NCBI GenBank assembly: GCA_028534125.1 | Contig: CM052824.1 | Location: forward strand, 17,670,001-17,734,000 | DNA from: Lama glama | Lineage: Eukaryota | DNA: 64,000 nt | Direction: 5' to 3' | Shown: positions 1 through 13,095 of the stretch, in pieces | Numbering within the stretch: position 1 is the first letter of the stretch | Layout of the letters: each line of letters starts with the position of its first letter | Notes under the pieces: model-generated | The model's input: the letters and a program-made list of their open reading frames with translations, nothing else | Databases searched by the model: none | Told to the model about the DNA's origin: nothing | Program-made: the position numbers and the translations under genes

Positions 1-1177
1 AGGCAGAGTAACTAGAGGACTGATGCTGGCATCAGCTCAGCACATGGGAAAGCCCTGCAAAGCCCAGTTGGATGGAGGAAGATACTGCCCTCTTCTTTCA
101 TCAGGGAGAAACTGTCCTAGATAATCCCAGCACACAGCTGCGACTCCCCCCAAGAGAGATAGGCACTGAATCTCCATATTCCAAACACAAGCCACCCCAA
201 CCCCCACCTTGTGCATCATTAATGATTTCATGGTCCTAGTTAAAACAGCATTTCCCTAAAGCAATTTTCCCAGAAGTGGCAGAAGGGCAGAGATTAGCTG
301 CAGGTTGCCATAGAGAGCCTCAGAAGACCATCTGTGCTGGATGGTTACACTTTCACCTCCCTCAAGGTTATTTCTTAAGGTCATATGCTTTCAAAAGACC
401 CTCCTAGTTTCAAGATTCTGCGAATATAAATCGGAATCCTGAGAGCTGAAAATTTCTAGAATAAAAGTAAGGAACACCTTGATCAAATGAAGAAGAAATT
501 ATTTATGCAAAGGACCCAGTACAATGCCTGACAAATAATAGTGCTTCAGTAAAGACTTGTTACTGTCATTTTTAGATTATTTATATTATTATTAGCTTGT
601 TGTTTCTTTATCTGTATTCATAGCCCACCTCAACCCAGAGAGAATTTGAAGTGGCTTAAGATACAATAAACAATATAGTAACAAGCATTTTAAGTCTGAG
701 CCCATAAAAATATCAGTAAGACAAGGAAATAAAACTGGTGAAACACAGTACAAAGATGGGAAGGTCACAGTATTCTAAAATTCTAAAAGTTAAATTTTCT
801 CTGAGCTTCCCTGAGGCCAAAGCAAAGAAAGAAAAACAATTATTTACGAAAGTTGTAATATATGAAAGGCACAAACAAGCTAACAACAAAACCCCCAAGA
901 ACTCAGTTCAAAGTTTTGGTGAGCCAAATAACTAGTTTCAGGGTACTTTTCCCAGGTATGGAAAAGTTAAGAGAAAAAAAGACTTAAGGAAAAAGTTACG
1001 ACAAAGTTGGGAGCAGGAGAGGAGTCCCTGGATAATAAACTGAGGAATTACTGGACTAAACAAAGTCAAACAGATTTCTTTGTTGCAGGGCTTTGCAGAA
1101 CTTTTCATATGTTCATTATAAGCCTCTGAAGAGCAGAACAATGTGCCTTACTTATACAGCCAAGGAGCATTTGTTTT

Positions 1178-1857
1178 TGTTTTTGTTTTGTTTTACTTTG
1201 ATTGACACATAGTTCATTTACTATGTTGTGTTAATTTATGGTGTACAGCATAGTGATTCAGTTATACATACATATATATATTCTTTTAATACACTTTTTC
1301 ATTATAGACTATTACAAGGTATCAAATATAGTTCCCTGTGCTGTACAGTAGGAACTTGTTGTTTATCTGTTTTATGTATACTAGTTTGTATCTACAAATC
1401 CTGAACTCCCAATTTATCCCTTCTCATCCCCTTTGTCCCCTGGTAACCATAAGTTTGTTTTCTGTCTGTAAGTCTCTCTCTGTTTTGTAAATAANNNNNN
1501 NNNNNNNNNNNNNNNNNNNNNNNNNNNNNNNNNNNNNNNNNNNNNNNNNNNNNNNNNNNNNNNNNNNNNNNNNNNNNNNNNNNNNNNNNNNNNNNNNNNN
1601 NNNNNNNNNNNNNNNNNNNNNNNNNNNNNNNNNNNNNNNNNNNNNNNNNNNNNNNNNNNNNNNNNNNNNNNNNNNNNNNNATCCAGTCATCAGTCAATGG
1701 ACATTTAGGTTGCTTGAATGTCTTAGCTATTGTATATAGTGCTGCTATGAACATTGGGGTGTGTGTATCTTTTCGAATTAGAGTTCTCTTCAGATATATG
1801 CCCAGGAGTGGGATTGCTAGATCATAGGATAAGTCTATATTCTGTTTTCTAAGGAAT
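1178..1857 (-). mobile_element. 5'-truncated lineage-specific LINE-1 (ORF2 C-terminus + 3' UTR + A-rich tail) with TSD
   Basis: Translates MFIAALYTIAKTFKQPKCPLTDDW. TSD caaggagcatttgtttt (1161-1177) / caaggagcacttgtttt (1858-1874). Confidence 0.93.
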
Positions 1858-2943
1858 CAAGGAGCACTTGTTTTAATGGAGAATCTTACATTTTGGGAAA
1901 TGCCCCTATAGACGTATGAACAACCACCACTATAATTTTATTATTACAAGACAAGACAGACAACTACTCTTTACAAAAGATTATCTTTTTTAAAGAAACA
2001 AAAACAAGTATCCTCCCATCTCTCCTCTCTTAATTTGGCTTGGGAGTTTCATTCTAGGTAATGCCTTATTAGCAGTCATAAAAGACTGCAGAATAGGGCA
2101 GTTCTGACTTGGCAATGGACTTTCCCCTTCCCTCTTTCTGTTATCCACACATTTCTGGAGGCAGGAACAATCTGTATTCTCATCCCCATTTTAAAAGGAT
2201 GAAAAAACAAATCCCACAGAAACCAAGCTTCAAGGTCATGCTTAGTCAATGAGGAGCTGTTCCTGGAGCACAGGCTTCCCAACTCTGGACTGTAACCCTC
2301 TCCCTCGGGTCCTTCCCCTCCCTGATGAGGTGCTGCTTTTATCTCATTGTGTGTCTGCAGGTGGGTGGCAATACTGCTGACTCCTTTCTGGCTCCGTTTG
2401 GGCCCTTTTCTTTCATCTATTAATTAAATCATGTACTTTTCATATAGGGGAGCAGAATCTTCAAAAGAGGAAAAAGAACCCTCCCTTTCGGAGCATTCAA
2501 GGATTAAAGTTCATCTGGCTATGGGATGTTCACCAGGGACTAACCGCGTTACTGACAGGCAACTGCTGAAAGCTGGTGACACGTTAATATGAAAACGTGA
2601 AGAGCGAACCCAGCCGAGATGGGCAAGATTGCGGGCTGCCAAGGCAGTTTCCAACATTCCTGAGGTGAGGTCACCTCAGAGGACACTCGGGTTTAGGGGC
2701 CTGGGCAGAATGCCTTCAGATAAGCAGTCAGTGGTAGCACAGCAGTGACCTCAAGAGATGGCCGAAACAAGAGTGCCCTTGGGAGTGATCAACATAGGGG
2801 CATCTCCTTACACAGGAAGAGTGTGCATGGAGGTGAGTCCAGCCCCAAGGGCACAGAAAAGACAGTCCTGAGCAAAGGTCTGTGTGCTTAATTTATTCAG
2901 CTTAACTAGGATTCTTCGCTTGATGTTCTGGGCAGGACGCTTT

Positions 2944-3403
2944 CCATATACCTTGGGGACGCTGAAAGTTGGTTCCAGACTTCCGCAATAAAGTGGACAT
3001 GGCAATAAAGCGAGTCACATGAATTTTTTGGTTTCCCAGGGCCTATAGAAGTTATAGTTACACTATACTGTAATCTGTGTGTNNNNNNNNNNNNNNNNNN
3101 NNNNNNNNNNNNNNNNNNNNNNNNNNNNNNNNNNNNNNNNNNNNNNNNNNNNNNNNNNNNNNNNNNNNNNNNNNNNNNNNNNNNNNNNNNNNNNNNNNNN
3201 NNNNNNNNNNNNNNNNNNNNNNNNNNNNAAATAGAAAAGTGTGAAATATTGCAAGGACACAGAGACATGAAGTGAGCAAATGCCATTGGAAAAAATGTCA
3301 CCAATAGACTTGCTCAATGCAGGGTTGCCACAAGACTTCAATTTGTAAAAAACACATCTGCAAAGCACAGTGGAGTCAAGCACAATAAAATGAGGTGTGC
3401 CTG
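2944..3403 (-). mobile_element. Internally deleted Tigger1 (TcMar-Tigger; Tigger1a_Art-like)
   Basis: Both Tigger1 termini (ggttccagac..gcaataaagcgagtcac and aataaaatgaggtgtgcctg|ta) lie within ~460 bp. Confidence 0.85.
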
Positions 3404-3427
3404 TAAACATCCATTCAAGCACCAAAA

Positions 3428-4120
3428 TTTTTTTTATTTAAAATAATCACAGATTCAGAGGAAGTTGCAAAAATAGTACAGAGAGGTCTTAAGTCCCCTT
3501 CCCCCTGTTTCCCTAGTGGTGACATCCTACATAATTATAACACAAGAGAAAAATGAGGAAATCGACTTTGGTACATCCCCAGGCTTTACTCAGATTTCAC
3601 CAGTTCTACTTGTGCTCATTTGTGTGTGTGCATGCATAGTCCACGCAGCTCATCACATGTACATTTGTGTAACCACCATCATAATCAAGATATAGAACAA
3701 GGTCCTCGTGGTACCATTGTATAGTCACAGTCATCCCCCTCCCAGTACCCTCGGCCCAGACCCTAACACCTGGCAGCCATTAGCCTGCTCTCCATCCCTA
3801 GAATTTTGCTATTTTGAGAATGTTATATAAACATATTTTTTGAGATTAGTTTTTGTTCATTCAGCATAACTCCCTTGAGAGCTCTCCAAGTTGTTGTACG
3901 TAACAATTGTTCATTTCTTCCCACTACTGAGTAGAGTTGCATGATACGGACGCGCCACACTTTCTTTAGCCATTCACCCGTTAAAGGATGTTTTGATTGA
4001 TGCCAAATTTTGACTCTTACAAATAATGCTGTTAGAAAACAATCATGTATAGGCCTTTCTGCGGACATAAGTTTTCATATGTCAGGGGCAAAGGTACAGG
4101 AGTACAACTGGTGGGTCACA
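3428..4120 (-). mobile_element. Old L1M (L1MB/MC-type) 3' fragment
   Basis: gattcagaggaagttgcaaaaatagtacagagagg and degenerate ORF2 C-terminal motifs (ALFVRVKIWHQSKHPLTGEW). Confidence 0.8.
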
Positions 4121-4384
4121 GACTAAACCTTTTTTTCAAGAAATTTTTGATGGAGTTTTCTAAAAATATATATTTCACATGCTACTCTGCCCTATTAATT
4201 ACAGTACAATGTAAATCATTTAGTCTTATTTTTAATTATCTAGGGCCATTATTACGAGCCACTGAAATCTATAGAACTATTTGCCTGCAAATTGAATGGC
4301 CCCAAAGTATTAGCAGTTTTGACCTCAAAGCACTCCCATTCCTGCATCTGTTACCATTATTTTCCTCAAGGCTTAGAGGTGTGC

Positions 4385-4678
4385 TGCTCATATGTGTGGC
4401 TACAGAGCACCTGAAATGTGGAAAATCCAAATTGAGCTGTGCTGTACACGTAAAATACACACCTAATTTTGAAGACTTAGTACAAAAAGAGGAATGTGAA
4501 ATATCTCATTGGTAATTTTCATACTGATTACATACTGAAATAATTTGGGGCATATTGGGTTAAAGAAGACACACTGTAAAATTAATTTCATTTGCTTCTT
4601 CTTACTTTTTAAATGCAGCTACTACAAAACTTTAAATGACATATGGGGCTTGCATTATAATTTTACTGGACAGCACTG
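4385..4678 (-). mobile_element. MER33-like hAT-Charlie element
   Basis: gtggctacagagcacctgaaatgtg...gaagacttagtac...ttactggacagcactg terminus. Confidence 0.8.
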
Positions 4679-6427
4679 GTCCAGACGGGTTTTATTTGTC
4701 TGTTTATTTGCTTCTACCAAGGTTGCTAGAGGTGACTATTGTTCAACATTGCAATACATGGTATGTTACCATTACTGGCAGGTCCTATAGTGTGAACATA
4801 ATGCTCTAAGAAAGTGATAATTATCTGAATAAAGCCCAAGTCTCATCACTGCTTTCAAAACTGCATAAAAAGAGGCAAAAGAAAAGAATAGATAGAGATC
4901 CAGCATACAACTCCAGGAAAAATCAGAATTCTGTTCCCAACTCATCCTCAGTGAAATGATTTACCCACATTCACACAATTCAAATTCTATGAACCTCCAT
5001 TTTCTCACCCCTAATTTCTTGCCTTGCCTATTTCACAAGCGTGCTGTGAAAATTAAATGGATTATCTATATGGAAGTGTTTTGATAGTTGTAAAGTAACA
5101 CACACATAAACAGAAATGCAGGATTTTGTGGAACCAACCCCACACGACTGACTCACTAGGTTAGTCAGTAAGTACTATGAAGCACCTGCCCGCGGTCCAC
5201 GGGGGTTCCTGAGTAAGCCACCCACTCTCTGCCCACCTCTTGCGTTTTAACAAGAATCAACAGAGTTTGGTTCCTAAAGCTCATTACACAGTTTTGTTTT
5301 AGTAATCATGACTTCGTACACAATGCAAATTGGTAAGTCTTGTGACTATGAAAGGAGAGTTACTACTTTCATGAAGACTAAGTCCAATTCTTTAGAAAGG
5401 TAAAATAAAAATAACTCCCTCTTTGAACGATACCACTGTATTAACTGAAAGAAGATAAGGATAAAAAGTTGGGAAGGGGGTAAATATCTACAAGAATTCC
5501 CCATTTGGATTTACACGTGCCTTTGAATTTCTAATCCACGTCAGAGAAACCCAAACTGGATATCATAGAAGAATTAGCAGTAACATGTGGACACAAAAGA
5601 AGACAGGGCCTCCAAGCATCAGACCCAAGCTCAAAGGAGAAGCCTTGGCCCTAAACCATGAGACTAAATAAATGGGCATCTAGGCATCAAGGTTAAATAA
5701 AACGTTTGCTTTGTACTTCTTCCCTATTTCTTCACTCTTTGTTTTAACTGACCTTTTTCATTAACTGTCTTAACTACTGCTGGATAAGACGACTTCTGCT
5801 TTATCATTATCATCAAAACGAAAGGGGGAAGGAAGCTCAAAAGGAAAATATAAGGGACTTAAGTCATATTTTAAAAATAAATGATGGCCATAAATAAAGC
5901 TACATAACACATGCCCACGTCAAGAGCAGAAAATATAAAAAACAGGTTAAATAAAGAGGGAGAGTTCAGAGCTATGGATTCTTCAAGGCCACTCATTAAT
6001 TCATACAAAAGACATAAAGTTAATGCAAAATTACAACATTTTAGTAATGACTGCACAGCAATTCTCCCATCATAATAAATAGTTGAATGGTCTGTATTAG
6101 GGTTCTGATAAAATAATCTGATAAAAATATATTTAAAAAATCAGACAAAAATGGTATCAGCAATAAGTAATATTTGTTAAGTTCCTACTATATGCTAAGA
6201 GCAATCCATTATTTCATTAATAAACACGTGCACACAAAACCAGTAAAGCACACAACATATACATATTATTGATGAAATAAATCTAAGATTAAAAAGGGTC
6301 TAGTAATAATACCTCTATGGTGGTAATTCTGGGATTGAAGGCAGTTCTGGGACAAGGCTCAAGCTACATCCTAGAATCACAAAAGTCCAGACATCAAACC
6401 TCAAGAATGAGAAAGACTTTTTCATGA

Positions 6428-6592
6428 GAGCAGCACTTCTCAAACACTGATGTGCACAGAAATCAGATGGGAGTCCGGTAAAATGCAGAGTCCGATTTAA
6501 TAAGAGTTGGGGGGGGGGTGTCTGAGATTCTGCATTTCTAACAAGTCCCAGGGGATGCTGATGCTGCTGGTCCCCAGACCACACTCTGAGTC
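6428..6592. mobile_element. MER5A-like hAT-Charlie element
   Basis: ttctcaaac...aaatgcaga...ctgcatttctaacaagtccca...tgctgatgctgctggtcc...accacactctgagt. Confidence 0.8.
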
Positions 6593-8067
6593 ACACCGTC
6601 CTGTCCTAGAGCAACATCCACTCATTGTCCTTCTCAGAGGGCCCGCTTCCCTCCAGGTGGCAGAAGTCATTCAGAACATCACTACCCTCTCTGCCTCCCT
6701 AAATCCTGGTCCTCGCCAGCTTCTTACACCCAGATCAGGGCCGACCCTGCAGGATGCTGTGTGGGTAAGAGCTCCAGGCAGCCCATTTATCAAGGGCCAG
6801 GGCCAGGAGCACCAAGAAGAACAAGAAAAAAGACCCACACCTCTTGGGCCTTTTAACCTCGAATTCAGAACATACTCCTGGAAAATATGCCATAATAATA
6901 ATAAGTTCACAAACAAGTGGTAATTTCACAGGTGACAGAATAAAACATTTAAGGAGTTGACAGTGTCATTGGAATATCTTAAAGGAGTTAACGCCTTTTG
7001 AATTTCAACATCCCCAAGGAGAAACACTGAAGCAAAAATAGACCCAGAAGAACCCTGAGACCTAGTACTCCTAATGTCAAACCTTCTTACCTGCTGGCAC
7101 AGCATCCCAGTCTTCGAGCCTGGCTGCCTGCCCAGCTAGGCTGAGGAAAGGACAATATTCGCCATCCTGCCTTCATTACAAGGGGAAATGCTAGCCTCTG
7201 CTTTTAATTAAACATTTTATACTGATTTTCTTCTTTGACCATAAAAGATATCCAACTGCATAGCTTCTAAGTGACCCACTCAGATCTAATAAACAATGTC
7301 TTTCCAGTAAAAAGAAGGCTCCCACTGTCTCCCTTGTCTGCCATAAATTTGAGCTTTCCAATACTCATTGATTTGACAAATATCTAATGCGTATTTCTTT
7401 TAGTTGTACCAGGCTCAATGTCCTGAGCCCTTGAAGATATAAAGGCGAATTAAACACCACTCCTCCCTAACCAGAGGGCACAGTTCAGAAGGGGAGACAA
7501 ATATGTAAACAAACAACCCCAACAGAGAGCAACAGTGGCTGTTTAAAAAAAACAGAAACAAAAACAGGAGAGGAAGGATGGGTGTTTTTACCTCCTCCTG
7601 ATTCAAATGCAAAATCATAATCCATTTCCAACTGGAAGGCGCTAAGAGGTATAAACACATGGAAAACAAGCAAAGTGACAGAACATTCCTGAAATACATT
7701 GCAACTAGCAATCAACAACCACACACACACTGTGCTCGGCACTCTCCTGGGCACTGGGAGAGATGACACAGAATTCCACCGCCAAGGAGTTCCCAGTGCC
7801 CTTGGGAAACAAGATACAGAACAAGTAAAGACAACAACCACAACTAGCATTCTAGAAGTTTTTAAAACACTAATGGGGGAAGTTAGGCAGTGTAGACTGT
7901 AGCTGGATTATACAGAGCCTTGACCCTCGATGGCCATGGCAATAGGGAGCCACTGAAGATTTTTTTGAGAAGAAATGACATGATGAAAGCTGTTTGTGTA
8001 TCATTTATATATCATATATAAACATATACAATCTTAAAATTTTATAATTTAATAATAAGAAAAACTA

Positions 8068-8245
8068 CTCTTTACTGACCACCTATTATGTGCCAGTCAC
8101 TATTCCTCCTGGGGCTTTACATGTATTATCTCTAAACTTCCTAACAGCCCTTCAAGGTAGACATGATCATCTCTTTTCTAGAGATGAGGCAACTGAGACT
8201 TAGAAAAAGTAAGTGTGCCTAAGGTCATGTGGCTAATAAGCAATA
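8068..8245 (-). mobile_element. MIR SINE
   Basis: cacctattatgtgccag...gatgaggcaactgagact...ctaaggtca core. Confidence 0.75.
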
Positions 8246-8677
8246 GATCTGGGAAAGTTCATCCTGCTAGTTGGATTAATACAAGGAAGAGATTACTGGC
8301 AGGGAAATTAGTGTAAGCCCTCTGGATCATCCAGATAGGAGTTACGGTGATGACACTGAATATAGAAAAGTTTATAACATAACCCACATGGAGAGCTTCA
8401 TCTACTGTTTCAAAGTCATCTACTGATGGTGCGCTGCATGGCAGCAATAACGTGAACAACAATATGTTAGGACCTACTACAGGCTGGGTACTATGTGTGA
8501 TTAGGACTAGGGATGCAAAGAAGACATGTAGAGAGCTTAGTGACTAGTCTACAATCACGGGCAAAGTGATGGGACAGGAGAGATCTGCCCCACCCTCCTT
8601 CTTGTCTTTGGCAGCTGACCACAGGCTGCACAGCTCAAGCCCACACACAATCCTGGATGCCACCACAAGGGGTCAGT

Positions 8678-8760
8678 TCTCCCCCTCCTCCTCCTCCTTC
8701 TCCCTCTCCTCCTCTTCTGCCTCCTCCTTTTCCTCTTCTTCCTCCCCCCAATCCTTCCCC
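8678..8760. repeat. (TCC/TCT)n polypyrimidine low-complexity tract
   Basis: Seen directly; explains the poly-Arg and poly-Ser ORFs in the track. Confidence 0.9.
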
Positions 8761-8827
8761 AAAAGGCTGCAGTCCCCACTGACTCGCTTCTCAGGGGCTC
8801 TCGGTCCTGATTCTGGATTATTCTAAC

Positions 8828-9002
8828 CAAGATCCACTACATAATTTGCAAGGCCCAGTACAAAACAGAATACCAGGTCCCCTTGTCCAAAATAGTATTA
8901 AGAATTTCAGGACGGCAACAGCAGAGCATTAAACCCACCACAGAGGCAGGGGGCAGTGTCCTGTTCAGCTGCACAGGTTGCACACCCATGAAGCCCATCC
9001 TG
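8828..9002 (+). mobile_element. MER45A-like hAT-Tip100 element
   Basis: ctacataatttgcaaggcccagtacaaaa...attaagaatttca...cagcagagcattaaacc...gcacacccatgaagcc. Confidence 0.8.
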
Positions 9003-10677
9003 ATTCAAACCCAGTAACTACTTCCCTAGATGGGTAACGGTTGTACAAGGCCCAGAAAGGTGCTTGATCCTTCTACTCATTTTCTGAGGATCAGGAGACC
9101 TACTGCTTAGGAGACAGCCTCTCCATTCAATGAGCATCAGTAAATTGTGGGCTCATAAGATGACTGAAGCTGCCCCAACAGCCAACACTGACTTTCTCTC
9201 TTTCCATTATATGGTTTCCAATGATTATGTGGTACTGTTTTCAGTGACAAAGAATTTGGTGGTCTGCCCTCTCAAAGGTTATGGTTAAGACAGACAATCT
9301 GGTAGGAAAAGTCAAGGTTATAATCGGTCCCACTTAAAAAAAATACGGTTATTAAATTTAATATACAGAGCTTGATACAAAAATAACAATAACAAACTAA
9401 GTTTATTGTTATTATAATAGTTTGAGTGCTCATAATTACCAGTTACTACTCTAAATACTTTACAAAGATACATAAATCTTCACAAAAACCTGAGATGCAG
9501 CATTAGAAACACATTCATTTGCTTTCAAAGGAGGGCTTGTTTCACTCTCCAACTCCTCTTGTGAAAAAGCCTATCTATAAATAGCTGAATTTCAGATAGA
9601 GAAAGAGCCAAACAAGCAAACAAACCTAATTAATTATTTCACCTTGGACAAGTTCCTTTCCTTTGCCGGGCCAGGTATGCTCACCTGTAAAAACAGTGAG
9701 TGGCCCAGATGCCACGAGGTCCTCCTGACTTTGCCAGTCTGTGACTCCCAAGCAGGAACCCAGGAAAATTTCCTCCTCTCCATTTGACATTCCTGCACGT
9801 GCTACCTCAGAGCACCAGACAGACAAACCACAAAGTCTAGCACAGCAGATATAAACCTGAACCTGGTTCTAAAAACTAGAACCAGGACACCTGTGTTCTA
9901 GTTCTAGTTCTACCAATCACTCCCTCAGGGTATGACTTAGAACAAATCACTACACCCCCTGAGCCTCAGTTTCCTTATCTGTAAATTTATTAGCAGATAC
10001 CCAAGGTCCTTCCTTGTAAGGCACAATCCTGGTACTAAGAAAGTTGTCCATAACTGTTATTTTCATCAATATCATTATCAATCATTATTCTCTATTCCAA
10101 AGGTTCCCAACAGTTTCAAGTAAGAAGCTTCCTTTAGATACAAAAAAGAAAAAAGTGATTTAGATTCCCCCTCCCACCTAATGGGTTTAACATTCAGTAT
10201 CAATTGATTAGGGAAATATAGAATATAGAAAAGTCACTATGAATTTTTATTCAGTTCATCAAAGTGACATTCATGTGTCCTTGAAAAGTATGAACATTAT
10301 TTTGCAATCACTGATGATGCTTGATCCTTAGAACCCTTATGATGATTCTGAGGACCTAGGGTGAGACCCACTGCCCTGTACCACCCATTAGCTCAGAAGG
10401 CCATTACCAACTTCACCTTCAACCACCTTGACTTCTCAGCTCCTCCTCCCCACTCTCACTGCTCTTACTACACTGCCAAGACCTAAAACACAAGGCAAAA
10501 AGGAGGAATACACATATACAGCATGCATATGTGCATGTTTTTGCCTTTAAATCTTTTTTCTCTCATGTATACTTCTGCTGGTCCAAGTCCTGAATAAATT
10601 TCTCATAACTGGATTTTATTATACATTAGGAAAAAATACCAAATACTAGAATATTAGAACAAGAATCATTCTTTAAA

Positions 10678-10825
10678 GCAATGCTTATTCAACTTACAAT
10701 TTGCTTATAAATCATCTATGGGTCTTATTAAAATGCAGATTCTGATCCCATAGGTCTGGATAGGAGCCCTACTCTGCATTCTTAACAAGCTCCCAAGTGA
10801 TGTAGATGCTACTGATCTACAGAGC
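10678..10825. mobile_element. MER5-family hAT element
   Basis: cttattaaaatgcagattctgat...ctgcattcttaacaagctcccaagtgatg. Confidence 0.7.
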
Positions 10826-11052
10826 AGGGTCCAGCCCCACTGCTTTGCAGAAGAGCACTTGAGGATCAGAGAAGGCAATTCTCTTGTCTGTGGTCACACA
10901 GCTTGTTAAAGGTAGGGCTATGAGAGGAATTCAGGTTTGTTGACTTTTAGTCCAGAGCTCTTTCTGCTATGCCTTGATGTCACCCTTTTCTTCCCACCCA
11001 CCAAAAAAAGTTTCTGGGAAAAAAAAATCTCATTTTCCTTTCATCAAAGACA

Positions 11053-11102
11053 ACACACACATATAAATACACACAAACACACACACACACACAAACACAC
11101 AC
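11053..11102. repeat. Imperfect (CA)n microsatellite
   Basis: Seen directly. Confidence 0.9.
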
Positions 11103-12215
11103 CCCTAGAGGACAGGAGTTAAATCATAGTCTCTCCCTCAGTTTCCAGCACAGGATCTTACAAACAAGATACTCAAAATAATATACCTCGATGGATTAAT
11201 CTGATGCGGGAGGGTGGGGGGCGGTGTCGTATTCTAATTAGAGTAATGCCTTTACCTTGTTCCCTCCTTTTGATTTCTTTAAAGACACACTTCTGATCAG
11301 CCTCCCCCTGTCTCCAAAGGTGTCTGTACCTATATGCTGTCTAAGTTTCCCCTAGAGGTACTTTTCCAAATTAAAAATTAATGTACTGGGAGAAAGTTCA
11401 AAACAAGCTATTATTCTAAATCAATATTTAGGGAGGAGATAAGGGGGTTTTACCCCAGTACCAGCAGGGATTTTATGTTCCTGAATATCCTTTGCACTAG
11501 ACCATTTAAGGCACATAAAGTGTTTGAAGAGTTGCACTTAGCAGCCTAAGTGTTCAAATAGGATGGCTTCAAAGCCTCCCTCGCCCTCCCACCGTTCAGA
11601 AATCACTCCTGGGCTTCTGGGCTTTCCACTGTATTTTAACAATCCTAGGAGTTCAAGAAAGCTTGCTCCATGGAATTTCTTTGCTCAGGCCCAAGTTCGT
11701 AATAGGTCTACAGAAGTGTCACATCCACCAGCTAGAGTCACACGTTCACCAGGTTTTCAACAGATCTTTCTTTAAATGATCAGAAAACAACACCTCAAAG
11801 GGAAGAAAAATTGGCAACCTTTCAGCTGTTTCACATCCTGATTATATTCTACCACTTGGTTAAAATTAACAAGTTTAGTGCAAATACTTTGGGTTTGGAT
11901 CGCGCCACACTTAGGAAACCAAGAAGACAGAAAGGTGACGCTTAAAGGTAAAACTCACTTTTCCCCTTGCAAGAGGAGCGAAGTTCCAGAGCCCCAGGAG
12001 CCCCTCTCAGTGGGGCTTCCACTGGTGCCTAACTGGAGGAATGGAATCCACCAGCCCCCTGTGGCTCTGGCCGGGCTGCCCACCCTCCCTCCCACCCGTC
12101 CTGAGCCTGCCCTCTCAACCACAAACGCCCCTACCCCAGGGGCCCCTTCACCGTACCCCATCCCATCCGGGTCATTCCCTGCATGCTGATGGCTCTGCAC
12201 ACGCACAGGCAGCTG

Positions 12216-12258
12216 CCCCACAGCGAAAGACAGCCCCCCCACAGCGAAAGACAGCCCC
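12216..12258. repeat. 21-bp tandem duplication (ccccacagcgaaagacagccc x2)
   Basis: Two identical adjacent copies. Confidence 0.9.
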
Positions 12259-12917
12259 GTCTGGGGGCCACAACTCACCGCTCATATTTTTCTTAAGGCC
12301 CACATTAAAACGGATTCCTCTGCCTCTCTGCATTCCCACTGCTCATCCCTACTGGTTCCACTGTCCCGGAGCCCAGAGAAGATGGAACATGTTCCAGTCC
12401 CAGTCTATATCCCCAGTGCCCAGCACAGTGCCCAGCACATTGTCAGGATTTACAAGCTGCTAACTCTTTTTATCAGGTAACATCGATGTGTTCCCTCTGC
12501 TCTCCCTTCAGCCTCTGTTTCCTCCAGGAGGCTTCTTACTAAATTTTTTAGAGCTGGAAGGGGCAGTCAAGCCACCTTATTTTATAGAGGAGGAAATTCA
12601 GTTCAAACGTCAAACGATACAGTGGTCCAGTGAGAGGTCTGGCTGGAAAGAGCCTCTCCAGCCTCTGACATCTGTTGCTGACCTCCCCAGCCCCTCCTCG
12701 TGCCCTGCCTCCAGGCCAGGCAGCAGGACACCATGGGTCACTGCTTCACCCAGCAGAGGAGATTGGTTCATTCACAGTCTAGCACTGGAGGTTGGGAGAG
12801 CCAAGTTCTGCTCCAGTCTCCAGCACTGAGGAATTCTAGGGCCTTGATTCTGATCAAGTCACTGTGGGCCTCCGGCTACCCCTACCCACCTGTAACACGG
12901 CAAGCCAACCTCAGAGT

Positions 12918-13095
12918 TACTGATGCTTACTGTGAGCGCTCTGTACGTGCCAGGAGTCTGGGAGCACTGTCCCAGCTCATCCTCACAAAAGGTAATGATA
13001 TAGATATGATTAGCACCCTGAGTTTTCCAGGTGGGGAGACTGGGACTTCGAGGTTTGCCCAGGGTCATAGTTAGCTGAGGGTTTACCTGACTCCC
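12918..13095 (-). mobile_element. MIR SINE
   Basis: gtgccagg...catcctcacaa...gagactgggac...ttgcccagggtcatag. Confidence 0.65.

Noticed and set aside
8555-8830. Protamine-like poly-Arg ORF
   Set aside because: Translation of a (GGA)n low-complexity tract.
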